Origin: Escherichia coli
GTDB lineage: Bacteria; Pseudomonadota; Gammaproteobacteria; Enterobacterales; Enterobacteriaceae
Assembly: GCF_003018115.1 (NCBI RefSeq)
Contig: NZ_CP027457.1
Length of the DNA: 64,000 bases
Direction: 5' to 3' (one strand)
Positions 1 to 11,535 of the stretch are shown here, piece after piece; position 1 is the stretch's first letter; the number at the start of each line of letters is the position of its first letter. The notes under the pieces were generated by a model. That model was not told the DNA's origin and made no database searches. It saw nothing but the letters and a program-made list of their open reading frames with translations. Position numbers and translations under genes: made by a program.

Positions 1-3000
1 ATATCTTCCGGAGACAGATACAGTTTCGGAACCATGACTGTCTGTCCGTTGATGGTGACTGACTCCCACCACAGCAGGCTTCTGGTCAGTTGTGCAACCT
101 GCCCGGCGGTCAGCGACACTCCAAAGGTCAGTCCGAGCGCTTTCTGTTGCGCTGCCGCGCTGTCCATCAGGTATTTCATCTGCGCCAGGTCAGAGCCTGT
201 GCCGTTAATATAACGTGAGCCCGTCTGGTTCAGTATGACGTTACTGACATACCGGGTATCAAAAGCCGCATCCCCCAGAAAGCGGTAATCTTTTTCCGGT
301 TTCAGGCCAAGACGGTCAAGAATGTACGACGAGCCCAGAAACTGTTTTTCATCGGTATATGCCGGGTCTGTTTCTCGTGGTGCCTGTCCGGGTTGCATCC
401 TGAGCAGGTCATACAGTCCGGCAAACAGACTGCTGTCCACCTTTCCGAGACCATCCAGTTTCGGGTTCACCGTAATCAGATACGGACTGTCCGGGTCCGT
501 GGACGGGACAAAATAACCATTGTTACCGGATGGCAGGGGATAGTTGCTTACACTTGCCCCGGACAGCGACAGCGCACCCGGGATATCCTTCAGCGTATCC
601 GGCAGCGCGTCATTCCATACAGGGCCGGTTATCCCGGTACCGCTTTCATTCAGCAGGGCTTCACCGCTCACCCCCTGACTGACCGTCGGTGGTGTCAGGG
701 AGTTCAGCGAAGGCACCGTTATCGTGTTACCTGCACCACCTGCCCGGGGCATGACAGTGGTATTACCGGTGTCAGTGGCAAAGCTGGCAGACACATCACC
801 GGCAGCGCTGATAACCGCACGGTACTGACCTGCCGGAGAGGTGCCACTGGCTTCTGTCGCATCCGGCGAGACCTGGCGATAGACCTTATACCATGGCTCA
901 GTAAACCACGCTTTGGGGAGTGAGCCGGAGGCAAGCCGCCAGACCGTTTCCTTTCCGGTGGTCCCCTCCTGCCAGCCCTGATTGTTCAGTGTGTCGCCAC
1001 TCAGGGTCATACTGCCACCGGCGAGAAGAAACGATGCCTCATTATCCAGTCGTCCTGCACGGATATGCATATCAGCGCCGCCGGATATCCGGGCAGCATG
1101 ACCGGAGGCACTGACTGTCACCGTTTCCGTATCGCCCGTACGGATACGGTATTCATCAGGTACCGTGGCACCCTCCCCCCAGTACACGGCCAGATATTCC
1201 ACACCATCATGCCGGACAACACCCCACCAACGGTTATTTTCCGGAACCGGTGAAATCACCCCGCGACTGCTTCCAGGAATGACCTCATGGCTGGCCGAAA
1301 TGGCATCCCAGGAATTCAGCAGATGCGCCGTATTCATGGTGATATCGCCACGTGTGGTTTCAATATTACCGGAACGGTTAATGATTTCGCTGTTTGCCGT
1401 ACCGCTGCTGTCCTTCTGTACCCACAGACTGTTGCCGGCCAGGATATCACCATGCTGGTTATGCAGACGGTCTGTAAACAGCTTCAGGTTATTCCCCGCA
1501 TAAATCAGCGCACTGTTCAGCAGGGTACCGGCCACATTCATTGTCAGACTGCCTGCCGTGCCGGTAAAACCACTGATGGTGATATCACTCCGGCTGTTCA
1601 GACTCACATCGCCACCGGCCTGAAGTGAACCCGGTGCGTTAAGGAAAAGACGCTGTGCGCTGAAAACACTGTTGCCTTTACCGGCAGTCAGCGTTCCATT
1701 GTTGGTGAATGCCTCTCCGGCACCGAGCACCATGGCATCACCCAGCATGACACCGCCGTTGGTGATGGCATTTTGCGACGTGACGGAAAGGGTTTTCCCT
1801 GCGGCCAGGGTACCGTAATTCGTGAGGGCAGCAATCAGTTTCAGTGTGACATCACCGGTGGCCACCACCTGGCCCTGACCACTGAAGTCCTGAGCGTCAA
1901 GCAGCAGGTTGCCTGCACTGTACAGCCGCCCTGTACCATTTTGCAGCAGTGAACTGCCCTTGACGCCAAGCCCGGAGGTTCCCAGCAGGGTACCGCTGTT
2001 GCTGAATGTGTGGTAATTCACCAGCAGATCCGCACCCTGAAGCGTACCGATATTATTCAGCGTGGTTCCTTTAACGTCGGCACTGCCGGTGGCAAGTACG
2101 CGTCCGCCGTTGACAGTATTCACCACATCCAGCAGCAGGGTGGCAGCCTGTACCAGTCCGCTGCCGGTGTTCGCCAGCACCTGCGCCGTCAGCGTGAGGT
2201 TACTGCCGGAGAAGATTTTGCCGTCGTTCTGCAGACGGTCAGTGGCGTTCAGGGAAACCCCGCCACCACCCTGTATCGTGCCCTGGTTACTCAGGGTCGC
2301 AGTACTGACATTCAGTGCATTCCGGCTCATCAGAACACCACCGGAACGGTTGTTCACGCCACCGGAGGCGGCCAGCGTCAGCGTTTCGCCCTGCAGATGC
2401 CCGCCGTTTGTGAGTTGTCCTGCCGTGATGGTGGTGGCATTTCCCTGTAATTGCCCGTCGTTTGTGACACTGTCTGCCTTCAGCGTCAGCACACCTGCAC
2501 TGAGCAGTTTTCCGCTCGCGTGATTGTTCAGCGTCTGATTCACCGTGAGCGTGAGAGCATCCACACCGGTGATGTCACCCGCACTGGTCAGTGAGTTCGC
2601 CTTCAGAGTCAGATTTTTTGCAATCCATTGTCCGCTGTTGCTTAAATTCAGTGCACTGAGCGCCATTTCACCGTTCGAGGTGACTTTGCTGCCTGCTGTG
2701 CTGACAAGCTCACCCGTCAGACGTGCAGTCAGGCTGTCAGCCGCCTGGATCGCCCCGCTGTTTGCCAGACTGTCTGCGGTGATCAGCACCCGTTTGCCCT
2801 GCCAGTGTCCGGAACTGGTAATACTGCCTGCGGTGATTGTCAGATCGCCGCTGGTCAGCAATGAACCTCCGTTATTCATCAGCGCAGGTTGAGGGGATAC
2901 CATACGAGCAGCAAGCGTCAGCGCGGCAATCCCGGTGAGCGAGCCACTGTTGGTGACACTGTTCTGGCGAATCGTGACATGGTCACCCTGGACAGTGCCG

Positions 3001-5501
3001 CTGTTATCCAGTGAGTTTCCATCAAGGGAGAGCGTGCCGGCCGAAAGCAGACTGCCCCGGTTGTCCGTGGTGGCTGCTTTCAGCGTGGTGTCACCCTGGC
3101 TCATGATATCGCCGGTACTGGTCAACTGACCGGTTGCCGAAGCAGTAAGGTTACCGGTTGCCAGTACGGAACCACTGTTCGCCCATCTGTCCGCCTGCAC
3201 GGTGAGATTCTGTCCCTGCGTGGTCCCTGCGGTATTCAGTGTTTTACCCCGGAGGGAGAGGTCGCCCGCCGTCAGCCAGCGTCCGTTACGGCCCTGTGAG
3301 AGGGTGTCGCCTGCAAGCGCCAGTGCACCTGCGCCCTGCAACAGGCCATCGCCATCCAGCGTGGTCGCCCTGACGTTCAGCGTGTCAGCGGTGATTTTTC
3401 CCGGATTGCTGAGGGAGGCAGTGTTTAACGTTAAACCGTTATCACCGGTGATAAGCCCGCTGTTGCGGATGTCCGGTATATCCAGCGTCAGGTCTGCAGC
3501 ACTGTACAGCGTGCCGTTCTGCTGATTATCAAGCCTCTGTGTGTTAACGGTGAGTGAGGCCTCCCCCTGCAACAGACCGCTGTTGGTCAGGGTCTGTGAC
3601 TGTGTATTCAGGGCGGAAGCAACAAGTACGCCGCTGCTGGTCAGTTCCGGCGCAATGAGGCTGAGCGACGGGGCACTGCTTTTCCCGCTGTGGGTGAGCT
3701 TTTCACTGGCGTTCACCACCATGGTCTGTTGTGCTGCCTGCGTACCTGCAAGACGTGCATCTCTGGCGTTGATGCTGAGATTTTTGCCGCTCTGAAGTTG
3801 TGCGCCCGCTGCGGTACTCAGTTTGTCTGCCTGAACCCGGAGGGTGTCACCGGCACTGGTTTCCCCGTCCAGCGCCACGGTTGTCACATTCAGCGTCATC
3901 GCAGCATCGCTGTGGGTGACTGATTTTTTACCGGAGCTCAGCGTCTGCGCACTGACTGTCAGCCCTTTGCCGCCGGACAGCACACCGTTCTGTGTCACAT
4001 CCTGCGCCTTCAGCACCAGTACATCATCGCTCACCAGCGAACCTGTACTGGTCAGTTTCCCACTGGCTGTGATATCCACTTTGCCCTTCGCGCCAGTGCG
4101 GCCGCTCTGGGTAAAGTCGCGGGTATTCACGGTCAGGCGACCGCCACTGAGCAGGGAGCCACTGTTGCTGAGCGTTGTACTGCCGAGCGTCAGGGAAGCC
4201 CCCTGAACAGCACCACTGTTATTCAGCGTGCCGGCATCGAGTCCCGCATGACCTTTCGCCAGCAATATTCCGTCCTGTGTCAGCGTGGTGGCGCTGGCCG
4301 TGAGATTCTGCCCGGCGGTTATCTGTCCCTGTGTTGTCAACGTGTCACTGGCGACAGTCACAATATTGCGGGCCGCGTTAATCTGGCTGGCGGTATCCTG
4401 TGTGATGTTTTTCGCGGCAAGCGTTACATCCCGGCCGGCAGTCAGTTTTTCATTCTGTTGAGTGATTCTGCCGCCGGCGGTCAGGCTGAGGTCCTTGTCG
4501 CTGTTAAGCGTTCCATTGCTGAGAACGATATCGCTCCGGCTGCTGACGCTCAGGTTACCTCCCGCTTTATGGTCGCCGGTTAAGGTGACGCCCTGACCTT
4601 TTGCAGTGACGGCCCCCGTGGCGAGACTGTTGTTGACAGTCAGTCTGCCGCTGGCATCCAGGGTGATATCGCCATCGCGGGCATAAAGGTTACCAAGATT
4701 AACCCCGACACCACTTTCAGTGGAGGTCAGATGAATACGCCTGGCGTACATTCCACCGAGCGCGCCGGTATCAACGGCAACTTTCGGCACATCACCTTCG
4801 CCCTTCAGTGCACTGACACGACCATCTGCAGTTATCCGGTTAGCGCCTGCAGTGACAGTTAAATCCTTCGCATGAAGCGCGGCATTCACTTCCGTTGCAC
4901 GGGCAATAATGGATACGGCATCGCTCCGGGTGCCGTCCAGGCCCGCGCCATTGATGGTGATACTGCCTTCAGTCACCTCCAGCGCCTGCAGGCTGCCGTC
5001 GGCATTCATCACAGGTCTGCCCGTGGTGAGCGTCGCGTGCGGCGTGTTGATAAAACCACAGCCGTCACAGGTGATACCATACGGGTTGGCAACAATCACA
5101 TTCGCCGCTTTGCCGGCCACTTCCGTATAGCCCTGCAGCAGTGAACGGTTACCGCCGGTCACTTCGTTGATGATACCCTTCGCTTCCCCGCCCGCTTTCA
5201 GGTTCGGGTTATTCTGTATCAGTCCACCAAGCTGCGTCGGATTAAGCTTACCGGTGGCATTATTGAGAATCAGCCCTTCCTTCCCGACGTTGTAATCCGT
5301 AAACCGGTTATGCGAAATCCCGGCCCCGTTCGGCGTGGCAATGTTCACGACCGGCACACCATTTGCCGCTTTATCCATTCCGGCCCCGTTTTGTGGGGTG
5401 ATGACGGCCCCCACAGCCGGTAACAACGGCTGCCCGGCGATAATCGTACTGATAAGGTAACTCAGCAGGCGGTAAGTGAAGCGAACGGGAGGCTGATGCA
5501 T
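1..5501 (-). CDS. cdiA: CdiA-like two-partner-secretion exoprotein (contact-dependent inhibition toxin / filamentous hemagglutinin family), N-terminal ~1833 codons only; C-terminal toxin region lies beyond window start
   Basis: Manual minus-strand translation from ATG at 5501..5499 gives [105 protein letters not shown], a TPS secretion domain. The ORF track shows no stop-bounded minus-strand fragments across 1..5500 apart from one 71-aa off-frame ORF, so the frame appears open to the window edge. Plus-strand ORFs here are low-complexity antisense products. Sits directly downstream of cdiB. Confidence 0.8.
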   Translation of the reverse strand, partial: MHQPPVRFTYRLLSYLISTIIAGQPLLPAVGAVITPQNGAGMDKAANGVPVVNIATPNGAGISHNRFTDYNVGKEGLILNNATGKLNPTQLGGLIQNNPNLKAGGEAKGIINEVTGGNRSLLQGYTEVAGKAANVIVANPYGITCDGCGFINTPHATLTTGRPVMNADGSLQALEVTEGSITINGAGLDGTRSDAVSIIARATEVNAALHAKDLTVTAGANRITADGRVSALKGEGDVPKVAVDTGALGGMYARRIHLTSTESGVGVNLGNLYARDGDITLDASGRLTVNNSLATGAVTAKGQGVTLTGDHKAGGNLSVSSRSDIVLSNGTLNSDKDLSLTAGGRITQQNEKLTAGRDVTLAAKNITQDTASQINAARNIVTVASDTLTTQGQITAGQNLTASATTLTQDGILLAKGHAGLDAGTLNNSGAVQGASLTLGSTTLSNSGSLLSGGRLTVNTRDFTQSGRTGAKGKVDITASGKLTSTGSLVSDDVLVLKAQDVTQNGVLSGGKGLTVSAQTLSSGKKSVTHSDAAMTLNVTTVALDGETSAGDTLRVQADKLSTAAGAQLQSGKNLSINARDARLAGTQAAQQTMVVNASEKLTHSGKSSAPSLSLIAPELTSSGVLVASALNTQSQTLTNSGLLQGEASLTVNTQRLDNQQNGTLYSAADLTLDIPDIRNSGLITGDNGLTLNTASLSNPGKITADTLNVRATTLDGDGLLQGAGALALAGDTLSQGRNGRWLTAGDLSLRGKTLNTAGTTQGQNLTVQADRWANSGSVLATGNLTASATGQLTSTGDIMSQGDTTLKAATTDNRGSLLSAGTLSLDGNSLDNSGTVQGDHVTIRQNSVTNSGSLTGIAALTLAARMVSPQPALMNNGGSLLTSGDLTITAGSITSSGHWQGKRVLITADSLANSGAIQAADSLTARLTGELVSTAGSKVTSNGEMALSALNLSNSGQWIAKNLTLKANSLTSAGDITGVDALTLTVNQTLNNHASGKLLSAGVLTLKADSVTNDGQLQGNATTITAGQLTNGGHLQGETLTLAASGGVNNRSGGVLMSRNALNVSTATLSNQGTIQGGGGVSLNATDRLQNDGKIFSGSNLTLTAQVLANTGSGLVQAATLLLDVVNTVNGGRVLATGSADVKGTTLNNIGTLQGADLLVNYHTFSNSGTLLGTSGLGVKGSSLLQNGTGRLYSAGNLLLDAQDFSGQGQVVATGDVTLKLIAALTNYGTLAAGKTLSVTSQNAITNGGVMLGDAMVLGAGEAFTNNGTLTAGKGNSVFSAQRLFLNAPGSLQAGGDVSLNSRSDITISGFTGTAGSLTMNVAGTLLNSALIYAGNNLKLFTDRLHNQHGDILAGNSLWVQKDSSGTANSEIINRSGNIETTRGDITMNTAHLLNSWDAISASHEVIPGSSRGVISPVPENNRWWGVVRHDGVEYLAVYWGEGATVPDEYRIRTGDTETVTVSASGHAARISGGADMHIRAGRLDNEASFLLAGGSMTLSGDTLNNQGWQEGTTGKETVWRLASGSLPKAWFTEPWYKVYRQVSPDATEASGTSPAGQYRAVISAAGDVSASFATDTGNTTVMPRAGGAGNTITVPSLNSLTPPTVSQGVSGEALLNESGTGITGPVWNDALPDTLKDIPGALSLSGASVSNYPLPSGNNGYFVPSTDPDSPYLITVNPKLDGLGKVDSSLFAGLYDLLRMQPGQAPRETDPAYTDEKQFLGSSYILDRLGLKPEKDYRFLGDAAFDTRYVSNVILNQTGSRYINGTGSDLAQMKYLMDSAAAQQKALGLTFGVSLTAGQVAQLTRSLLWWESVTINGQTVMVPKLYLSPED

Positions 5502-5513
5502 GGTAATAATCCC

Positions 5514-7280
5514 TTAAAACGCGACGGCAACGCGCCAGTAAACCGTGAGATGGTCAGGGGCAAGCCAGTCCGGGTAGACCAGAGGCAGTCCGGCGGTGAA
5601 CGAACCGGAAACATGACCACTGGTGGTGCTGAGCCCGGCAGCAGCACCCCACAGCGTGCCGGACGAGTACGGGTCATCGCTGTCAGAGTGCAGCCAGCCG
5701 CCGTCCAGTGCAGCCACTGCACGGACAGTTCCCACATATGGCAGGGAGAACAGAGACCAGGACAGCTCATTTCGCAGATAACCGCCGTTATTACCGGAGA
5801 TATACTGCTCCTTAAAGCCACGCACTGAACTCTCACCCCCGAGGCTCAGTTGTTCCACACCATGAAGACGGTCCGGTGACCACTGGGCATAAGCGCTGGT
5901 CAGCCACCACACCCTGTCCGTGACGGGGCGCTGAAAACTGGCACTCACCGACCATTTCCGGAACTGATTTACGGGCAGGTCTCCCCTTTTCCCGTGGTCG
6001 CTTTCTGCGCCGAACCAGGGCATCCCCCGTGTGAATACCGGATTCAGTGTTCCGACCCCCCCCAGAAACTTGTGTGTGTGATTCAGCCCGACAGAAAATG
6101 AAGTGAGTTTACGGCTGCTGCCCTGAAGCAGAACATCATCCAGATAATTGTGAATAATGCGGTGCTGCAGACCTCCGGTCAGTGCTGTCTTCATGTCCCC
6201 GTTACGGAACAGAACATGCGACAGTCCCAGCCGGTGAGTCTGCAGGTCTCCCGTGGAACGCCACCGCCAGCCCCGGTTATCAATGGTGCTGAGGTAGTCA
6301 CTCCATGAATACGTGTAATCCACCAGGGTATAGCCATACGGCAGACTGACACCGGCGGCAAAATTCCTCGCATCATGTGACACCGAAAAGTCACTGCTCC
6401 GTCCCCCGCTGACAAACCAGTTGTCAGCCAGCCCCAGCGGATTATTAAAGGAAAGGACACCATTTAACTGCCCCGTACCGGTATTCTTCTGTCCGCTGTT
6501 GTCGAAGCCCGCGCTCCCTGTGACAGGCCATTCCGGCGATGCCGTCAGTGTCACCACCGACCATCCCTCACGGTCACCGGGCGATATTTCAATCTGTACC
6601 GGCTCCGTACGCAGACGGTTAATCTGCTCCATCCCCTGCTCAATATCCCGCAGGTTCAGAACCGCCCCCTCCATTCCCGGGAAAACCATCTTCAGGGTGC
6701 GGGCAGGAAGGTCAGCGCCTTCCGCCCGGATTTGCTGCAGCCTGCCTTCCATGACCGTTATGTGCAGTACGCCCCCTGAAAGGTCCTGCTCTGTCAGAAA
6801 GGCCCGGCTGGTGATATATCCCCGACGTATATAGCCGTCCGTCACAGCATCCGTGACCGTGGTCAGCCCCGTGATATTCAGACACTGATTCACCCACGGT
6901 GCCACCAGTCTGTCGGTTTCTGCAGACGTCAGTCGGGTGGCCCCACTGACAACAATGCGTGACACCGTAAAGCAGGGACCTTCAGTACCGGCAGACGTTT
7001 CCCGAGACGGTACAACAGTCAGCGGCGTACTGCGCTCCAGCGCATCACGCTGACGCTGGTTTTCATCCAGCAACTGCTGCTGTTGCTGCTGAATTGCACT
7101 GCGGTCACCCGGAGACAGCATGGCTGCCGGAGACGAAAACGAAAGAATACAAAGGCAGGGGAGGAGGGAAAAATAGCGTGCCACCGGAGAGAAAGTGCGG
7201 AGCTTAAATGCGCACTGACCGGAAACCATACCAGGCAACAAATTTCTGTTCGCCAGTAAGTTATCCTGCCGGTGCTGCAT
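5514..7280 (-). CDS. cdiB: CdiB / TpsB-family outer-membrane transporter (ShlB/FhaC-like) for CdiA
   Basis: 588-aa ORF ending in aromatic ...YWRVAVAF typical of outer-membrane beta-barrels; stop 13 nt upstream of the cdiA start; classic tpsB-tpsA order. Confidence 0.8.
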   Translation of the reverse strand: MQHRQDNLLANRNLLPGMVSGQCAFKLRTFSPVARYFSLLPCLCILSFSSPAAMLSPGDRSAIQQQQQQLLDENQRQRDALERSTPLTVVPSRETSAGTEGPCFTVSRIVVSGATRLTSAETDRLVAPWVNQCLNITGLTTVTDAVTDGYIRRGYITSRAFLTEQDLSGGVLHITVMEGRLQQIRAEGADLPARTLKMVFPGMEGAVLNLRDIEQGMEQINRLRTEPVQIEISPGDREGWSVVTLTASPEWPVTGSAGFDNSGQKNTGTGQLNGVLSFNNPLGLADNWFVSGGRSSDFSVSHDARNFAAGVSLPYGYTLVDYTYSWSDYLSTIDNRGWRWRSTGDLQTHRLGLSHVLFRNGDMKTALTGGLQHRIIHNYLDDVLLQGSSRKLTSFSVGLNHTHKFLGGVGTLNPVFTRGMPWFGAESDHGKRGDLPVNQFRKWSVSASFQRPVTDRVWWLTSAYAQWSPDRLHGVEQLSLGGESSVRGFKEQYISGNNGGYLRNELSWSLFSLPYVGTVRAVAALDGGWLHSDSDDPYSSGTLWGAAAGLSTTSGHVSGSFTAGLPLVYPDWLAPDHLTVYWRVAVAF

Positions 7281-7454
7281 ATTCTCCTCGTGGGGTATCC
7301 AGTGTAAATTAACGTAAGTGGAATGTCAGTGCTGAAATTTACACCAGATAAAAAACATACAGAAACAATCCTGTTATGTAAAATCCGGAAAAAATGTCAG
7401 AAATGTGATCAGAGTTGTGTTTTACGGAGGGGAGTGCACTGCGCACGGACTAAT

Positions 7455-7590
7455 CGGAACCTATCGGCTGAGCGATATCGATCCGGAAGCGTATCTGCCT
7501 CATATACTGAGAGTTTTGCCGGAATGGCCTTCCAACCTGTTGATGAACTACCTCCATGGAACGTAGTGCTCACCAATAAATAAGCGTCAT
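7455..7590 (+). mobile_element. IS66-family remnant (degenerate 3' end of tnpC)
   Basis: DNA aligns with 13784..13918 (gatccggaagcgtatctgc...ccggaatggccttccaacc...ccatggaacgtag...caccaataaataagcgtca); translation ends ...PPWNVVLTNK like the IS66 TnpC C-terminus but with frame disruptions. Confidence 0.55.
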
Positions 7591-7624
7591 GCCTAACTTA
7601 AAGTAAATAGAATAGCAGATATGC

Positions 7625-8203
7625 TTAATCCTTTTTGTTGAGTGTCACTGGACCATAGACCATAAAAACACAAGTTGAACCAGATACTCCCCTATAACCT
7701 CCCTGTCCATCGCCGAGATAACAGGCAAGAGCAGTAAATTCCCAGGCATCATCCATAGACGCAGCAATTTTGCGTGTGGTTAGTGTTTCTTTGCCATATT
7801 GCTCACCAAAGTCGTGCACGCGCCGGGCATATTCTCCAAGTGACTCGCTGACTGACGGATGGTCCCACCCCCATAACCAGGTGCTGTCTTCAGTATCGTA
7901 AGTGCCAACCACTTGAACAGGTGCTGTGACCATGATCTCTTTTTCATCATTGGTGAAGGTGATTGTACCTGTATTAAGATCAACATCCCACGCAGCAGTA
8001 TCAAGTCCCCACATTTCTATAGCGGCTTGTGTGAGTAACTGCATTTCGTTATTCGCTCGTGCAATTGTGAGATCTGGCTCTGAAAGAATTGCTGTGTTAG
8101 CACTGGAATCTTTATTCTTTCTGCCAAAAAGCTTCTTGAATAAATTAGTCATTCCTACTCTCCCGTTTTCTGCAAACACTTTGGCTGAATTATTAACGTT
8201 CAA
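7625..8203 (-). CDS. hypothetical protein, 192 aa, no recognised family
   Basis: Intact ORF downstream of the ykgG-like gene on the same strand; no motif recognised. Confidence 0.4.
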   Translation of the reverse strand: MNVNNSAKVFAENGRVGMTNLFKKLFGRKNKDSSANTAILSEPDLTIARANNEMQLLTQAAIEMWGLDTAAWDVDLNTGTITFTNDEKEIMVTAPVQVVGTYDTEDSTWLWGWDHPSVSESLGEYARRVHDFGEQYGKETLTTRKIAASMDDAWEFTALACYLGDGQGGYRGVSGSTCVFMVYGPVTLNKKD

Positions 8204-8641
8204 ATTTTGTCAGACATGTGTATACCCTAACCTGACATCAGGCCTGATAATGAAAAACTATCAGAATAAAATCGTCATGAGTATTTATTGAGACAAGTAA
8301 TTAAAGGTCATAGATTCATTTATGACATATTCAGGCGTGATAGCGGCATCGTGGTAGTGACTCAGTCCTTTAAACCCGCAATATAAAACGAAAAAACAGA
8401 CCGTTTTTCAGAAGATTAGCGCATTTATTGAGAAGTTTAAAGGCGTGGGAGGGCATCTTTAGTTACAAGCACCCAGACTAACCCTTGCCACAATAAACAG
8501 GCATGAACACTGACTGCTATTGTAAGGCATTAACGGAGTCCGTATTGACGCTTACGCTCAAGTCGCGACTAATACAACTAAATGAATGATTAACAGCTCA
8601 GCTAAACGGAGCTGTTAATCGTATATACATACTAAAATGTA

Positions 8642-9337
8642 TTAGCAGTCATCAATAATCAAGTAAGTTGCATGTACTGGTCCATGCACACCAACAACTT
8701 TGATCAGTTCTATATCTGCAGTAGAACTTGGGCCTCCAATCAGATTGATACAGGAAGGCAGTCGTTGTCCTTCCTGAGCCATTTCATGAAGTTTTTGCGC
8801 AAGCTGAGCCACTCGGGGGAGAATAGTGCTTTTGCGTAAAACAAATAATGATGCTTCAGGCAAAAGGCTTACTGAGCGCCCACGTTCTGGTGCGGAGAAT
8901 AAGACAATGCCTCCTGATTCTGTCAGCCCATACTCAGCGAAAACGACACCAGTTTTTGCCTTTTCAGCAAGATGGATATTTTCATCGCCCTTCTCCGGAT
9001 CCCACAGAGCAGCGTCCATTTCTTTTTGTAGCAATGGCGTAATCCCTGTATCGACCAGTCGTTGATCGTTGCTGATAATGACTGGCCCGGAACCGAACTT
9101 CCAACAGATGTCTAAGGCTGTTGATGGTGCGTTCTCAGGCGACACCAGAACACACTCGGCAAGCATCACTTCCGAGGCAAATTTAATAAACGCCTCACAG
9201 CGTTGGTCTGATGTCAACTCTGTTAAACGTGTCGTAGCCAGCGTATTTACAGGCTCCGGCATTGCTTCGGGAATATGTCTTACTGGTCTGCCAAGCTTTC
9301 TGGCGATCGCAACGAGAAATTCCTCTCTGTTTTCCAT
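8642..9337 (-). CDS. ykgG: LutC/YkgG-family lactate utilization protein
   Basis: 231-aa ORF; third gene of a lutA-lutB-lutC-type cluster, sequence consistent with YkgG/LutC. Confidence 0.7.
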   Translation of the reverse strand: MENREEFLVAIARKLGRPVRHIPEAMPEPVNTLATTRLTELTSDQRCEAFIKFASEVMLAECVLVSPENAPSTALDICWKFGSGPVIISNDQRLVDTGITPLLQKEMDAALWDPEKGDENIHLAEKAKTGVVFAEYGLTESGGIVLFSAPERGRSVSLLPEASLFVLRKSTILPRVAQLAQKLHEMAQEGQRLPSCINLIGGPSSTADIELIKVVGVHGPVHATYLIIDDC

Positions 9338-9340
9338 AAA

Positions 9341-10756
9341 TTACCCCTCCTTCTTATGTCGCTTGAACCAACTACGGAAGCTTTCTCCATCAGGTGATGG
9401 CAGGTCTCTGGCTTCAGTCCATTCTTTTATCGCTCCAACACTAATCGGCGTTTTTCCTTTCCTGATGAACAGACGGGCTGTTTTGGCCCCAGCAACCATA
9501 CCTACCTTCCACAACGCCGGATGGCTGTTTATGTAATTGAATGCTCTGGTTATACGGCGTTCCGTTAATGGTGTGATTTCAGACTCTGCCATAACCTGGC
9601 GATGTTTTTGTATTAGCGTTGCCAGAGGTATTTTTACAGGACATACCCCATTGCAGGCAGTGCACAATGAGCAGGCATAGGGTAAATCCTTAAAGTCTTC
9701 ATATCCACCAAGCAATGGGGAAATAACCGCGCCGATTGGCCCCGGGTAGATTGAACCATAACCATGCCCACCAATCTGACGATAAGCCGGGCAGGTATTA
9801 ATGCAGGCACCGCAGCGGATACATCGCAATACATCGCTGAATTCTGAGCCGAGAATCTCTGAACGCCCATTGTCAACAATAACGAGATGGAACTCTTCCG
9901 GACCATCAACATGTCCTTCTTCTCTGGGGCCTGTAAGCCAGGTGTTATAACCTGTCAGTCTCGCCCCGACAGCACTCCTTGCAAGCATGGTAATCAGAAC
10001 ATCCACCTCCTGGAATGTCGGAGCAATACGCTCCATACCCATAACAGCAATATGTGTTTTAGGTAATGTGGTGCACATCCGTGCGTTGCCTTCGTTTGTA
10101 ACAAGGCAGACTGACCCTGTTTCTGCAACGGCAAAGTTACACCCCGTTACGCCAACTTCAGCACTCAGAAAATCTTGTCTGATTTTCTCACGGATGAACA
10201 ATGTCATTGCTTCTGGAGTTTCAGGCCCGTCATACCCCAGATGTTCATGTAAAACTCTGCGGATTTGATGGCGATCTTTATGTATTGCCGGCACAACCAC
10301 ATGCGATGGTGGCTCATGTGCTAGCTGAAGAATATATTCCCCAAGGTCCGTTTCAATCACGGGTATCCCGGCTTTCTGAAGAACGGCATTCATGCCAATT
10401 TCCTCAGTCACCATTGATTTGGATTTAACAACCTTCCTGGCGTTTTTTTCTTTCGCCACCTTCAGTATGTAACTGGTTGCATCCTCTCTGGTACGGGCAA
10501 AATATACATGCCCGCCATTCGCAGTAACCTTTTCGGACAATTGATACAAATAAGCATCAAGATTTTCCAGAACATGCCGACGAATCTGTTCAGCTCGTGA
10601 ACGCCATTCCTCCCAGTGTCCCAGTTCATCAACCATTTTCTGTCGATTAGTCCCTATGCGCTCCTGTGCGTTAGCCACAGCTTTTCGCATGATCGGGTCC
10701 TGAATCTGAATACGGATACGCTCTTTAAACCTGATATCACTTGTTTTCAAAGACAT
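9341..10756 (-). CDS. ykgF: LutB/YkgF-family iron-sulfur lactate utilization protein
   Basis: 471-aa ORF with two CxxCxxCxxxCP ferredoxin-type motifs (CIRCGACINTCPAY, CSLCTACNGVCPVKIP). Confidence 0.8.
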   Translation of the reverse strand: MSLKTSDIRFKERIRIQIQDPIMRKAVANAQERIGTNRQKMVDELGHWEEWRSRAEQIRRHVLENLDAYLYQLSEKVTANGGHVYFARTREDATSYILKVAKEKNARKVVKSKSMVTEEIGMNAVLQKAGIPVIETDLGEYILQLAHEPPSHVVVPAIHKDRHQIRRVLHEHLGYDGPETPEAMTLFIREKIRQDFLSAEVGVTGCNFAVAETGSVCLVTNEGNARMCTTLPKTHIAVMGMERIAPTFQEVDVLITMLARSAVGARLTGYNTWLTGPREEGHVDGPEEFHLVIVDNGRSEILGSEFSDVLRCIRCGACINTCPAYRQIGGHGYGSIYPGPIGAVISPLLGGYEDFKDLPYACSLCTACNGVCPVKIPLATLIQKHRQVMAESEITPLTERRITRAFNYINSHPALWKVGMVAGAKTARLFIRKGKTPISVGAIKEWTEARDLPSPDGESFRSWFKRHKKEG

Positions 10757-10766
10757 TCTGTTTACC

Positions 10767-11486
10767 TCATCTGTGCATCAGGACTTCAGCAATATGCATC
10801 ACTTTTACAGGATGCCCTTCACGGTTAAGCCGACCGCCGATGTTTAGCAGGCAACTGGCGTCAGCCCCGATAAGAAAATCAGGTTTAACATCCATAATAT
10901 GCCCGACTTTCTCTTTCACCATTTCACCAGAGATCTCCGCCATTTTTACAGAGAATGTGCCGCCAAACCCGCAGCACGTTTCCTGAGCGTGAAACGGCAG
11001 TAGCTCAAGCCCCTGTACATTCTCAAGTAGCAAAAGCGGCTCTCTGGTTACCCCCAGCTTACGGGAAAGGCTGCAGGAGGGATGGTACACAGCGCGACCA
11101 TTGAGTTTTGCCCCAACATCTGTGATGCCAAGATGATTTACTATAAATGATGTCAAATCATGCAGGCGTTCAGCCACTTTTTCAGCTCGTGCCGCCCACT
11201 CAGGTTCTTCACTGAGATAGCGAGCGTAATTTTTTATCGTGTAAGTGCATGACCCGGCAGGAGATACTACCGGCCAGTCATTCTCTTCCAGCGAAGATAT
11301 GAGATTTTTCATGCCCGGGATGGCATCACGAACATAACCGCCATTTATCGCTGGCTGACCACAACATCCCTGCTTTTCGGGGAAATGGACATTGCAACCC
11401 AATTGCTCCAGTAACAGCACACTCTTTTGTGCCATCCGGGATTTAAACGCATCACCAATGCAGGTGACGAAAAAGTTAACATTCAC
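10767..11486 (-). CDS. ykgE: LutA/YkgE-family Cys-rich (CCG domain) Fe-S oxidoreductase subunit
   Basis: 239-aa ORF with GCCGQP and CCGFGGTF motifs typical of the YkgE/LutA family. Confidence 0.8.
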   Translation of the reverse strand: MNVNFFVTCIGDAFKSRMAQKSVLLLEQLGCNVHFPEKQGCCGQPAINGGYVRDAIPGMKNLISSLEENDWPVVSPAGSCTYTIKNYARYLSEEPEWAARAEKVAERLHDLTSFIVNHLGITDVGAKLNGRAVYHPSCSLSRKLGVTREPLLLLENVQGLELLPFHAQETCCGFGGTFSVKMAEISGEMVKEKVGHIMDVKPDFLIGADASCLLNIGGRLNREGHPVKVMHIAEVLMHR

Positions 11487-11535
11487 AGAAATTTCTCCTG
11501 TTGATTAATATTCCACGTCCTTTTGTTGTTTTTTC

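Noticed and set aside
719-934. 71-aa minus-strand ORF inside cdiA
   Set aside because: Off-frame overlap with the cdiA reading frame; no independent support.
322-5144. Many plus-strand ORFs of 60-150 aa with low-complexity Ser/Pro/Ala/Val-rich translations
   Set aside because: They are antisense to the cdiA repeat region; their compositions mirror the Gly/Thr/Asn/Ala-rich repeats on the coding strand.
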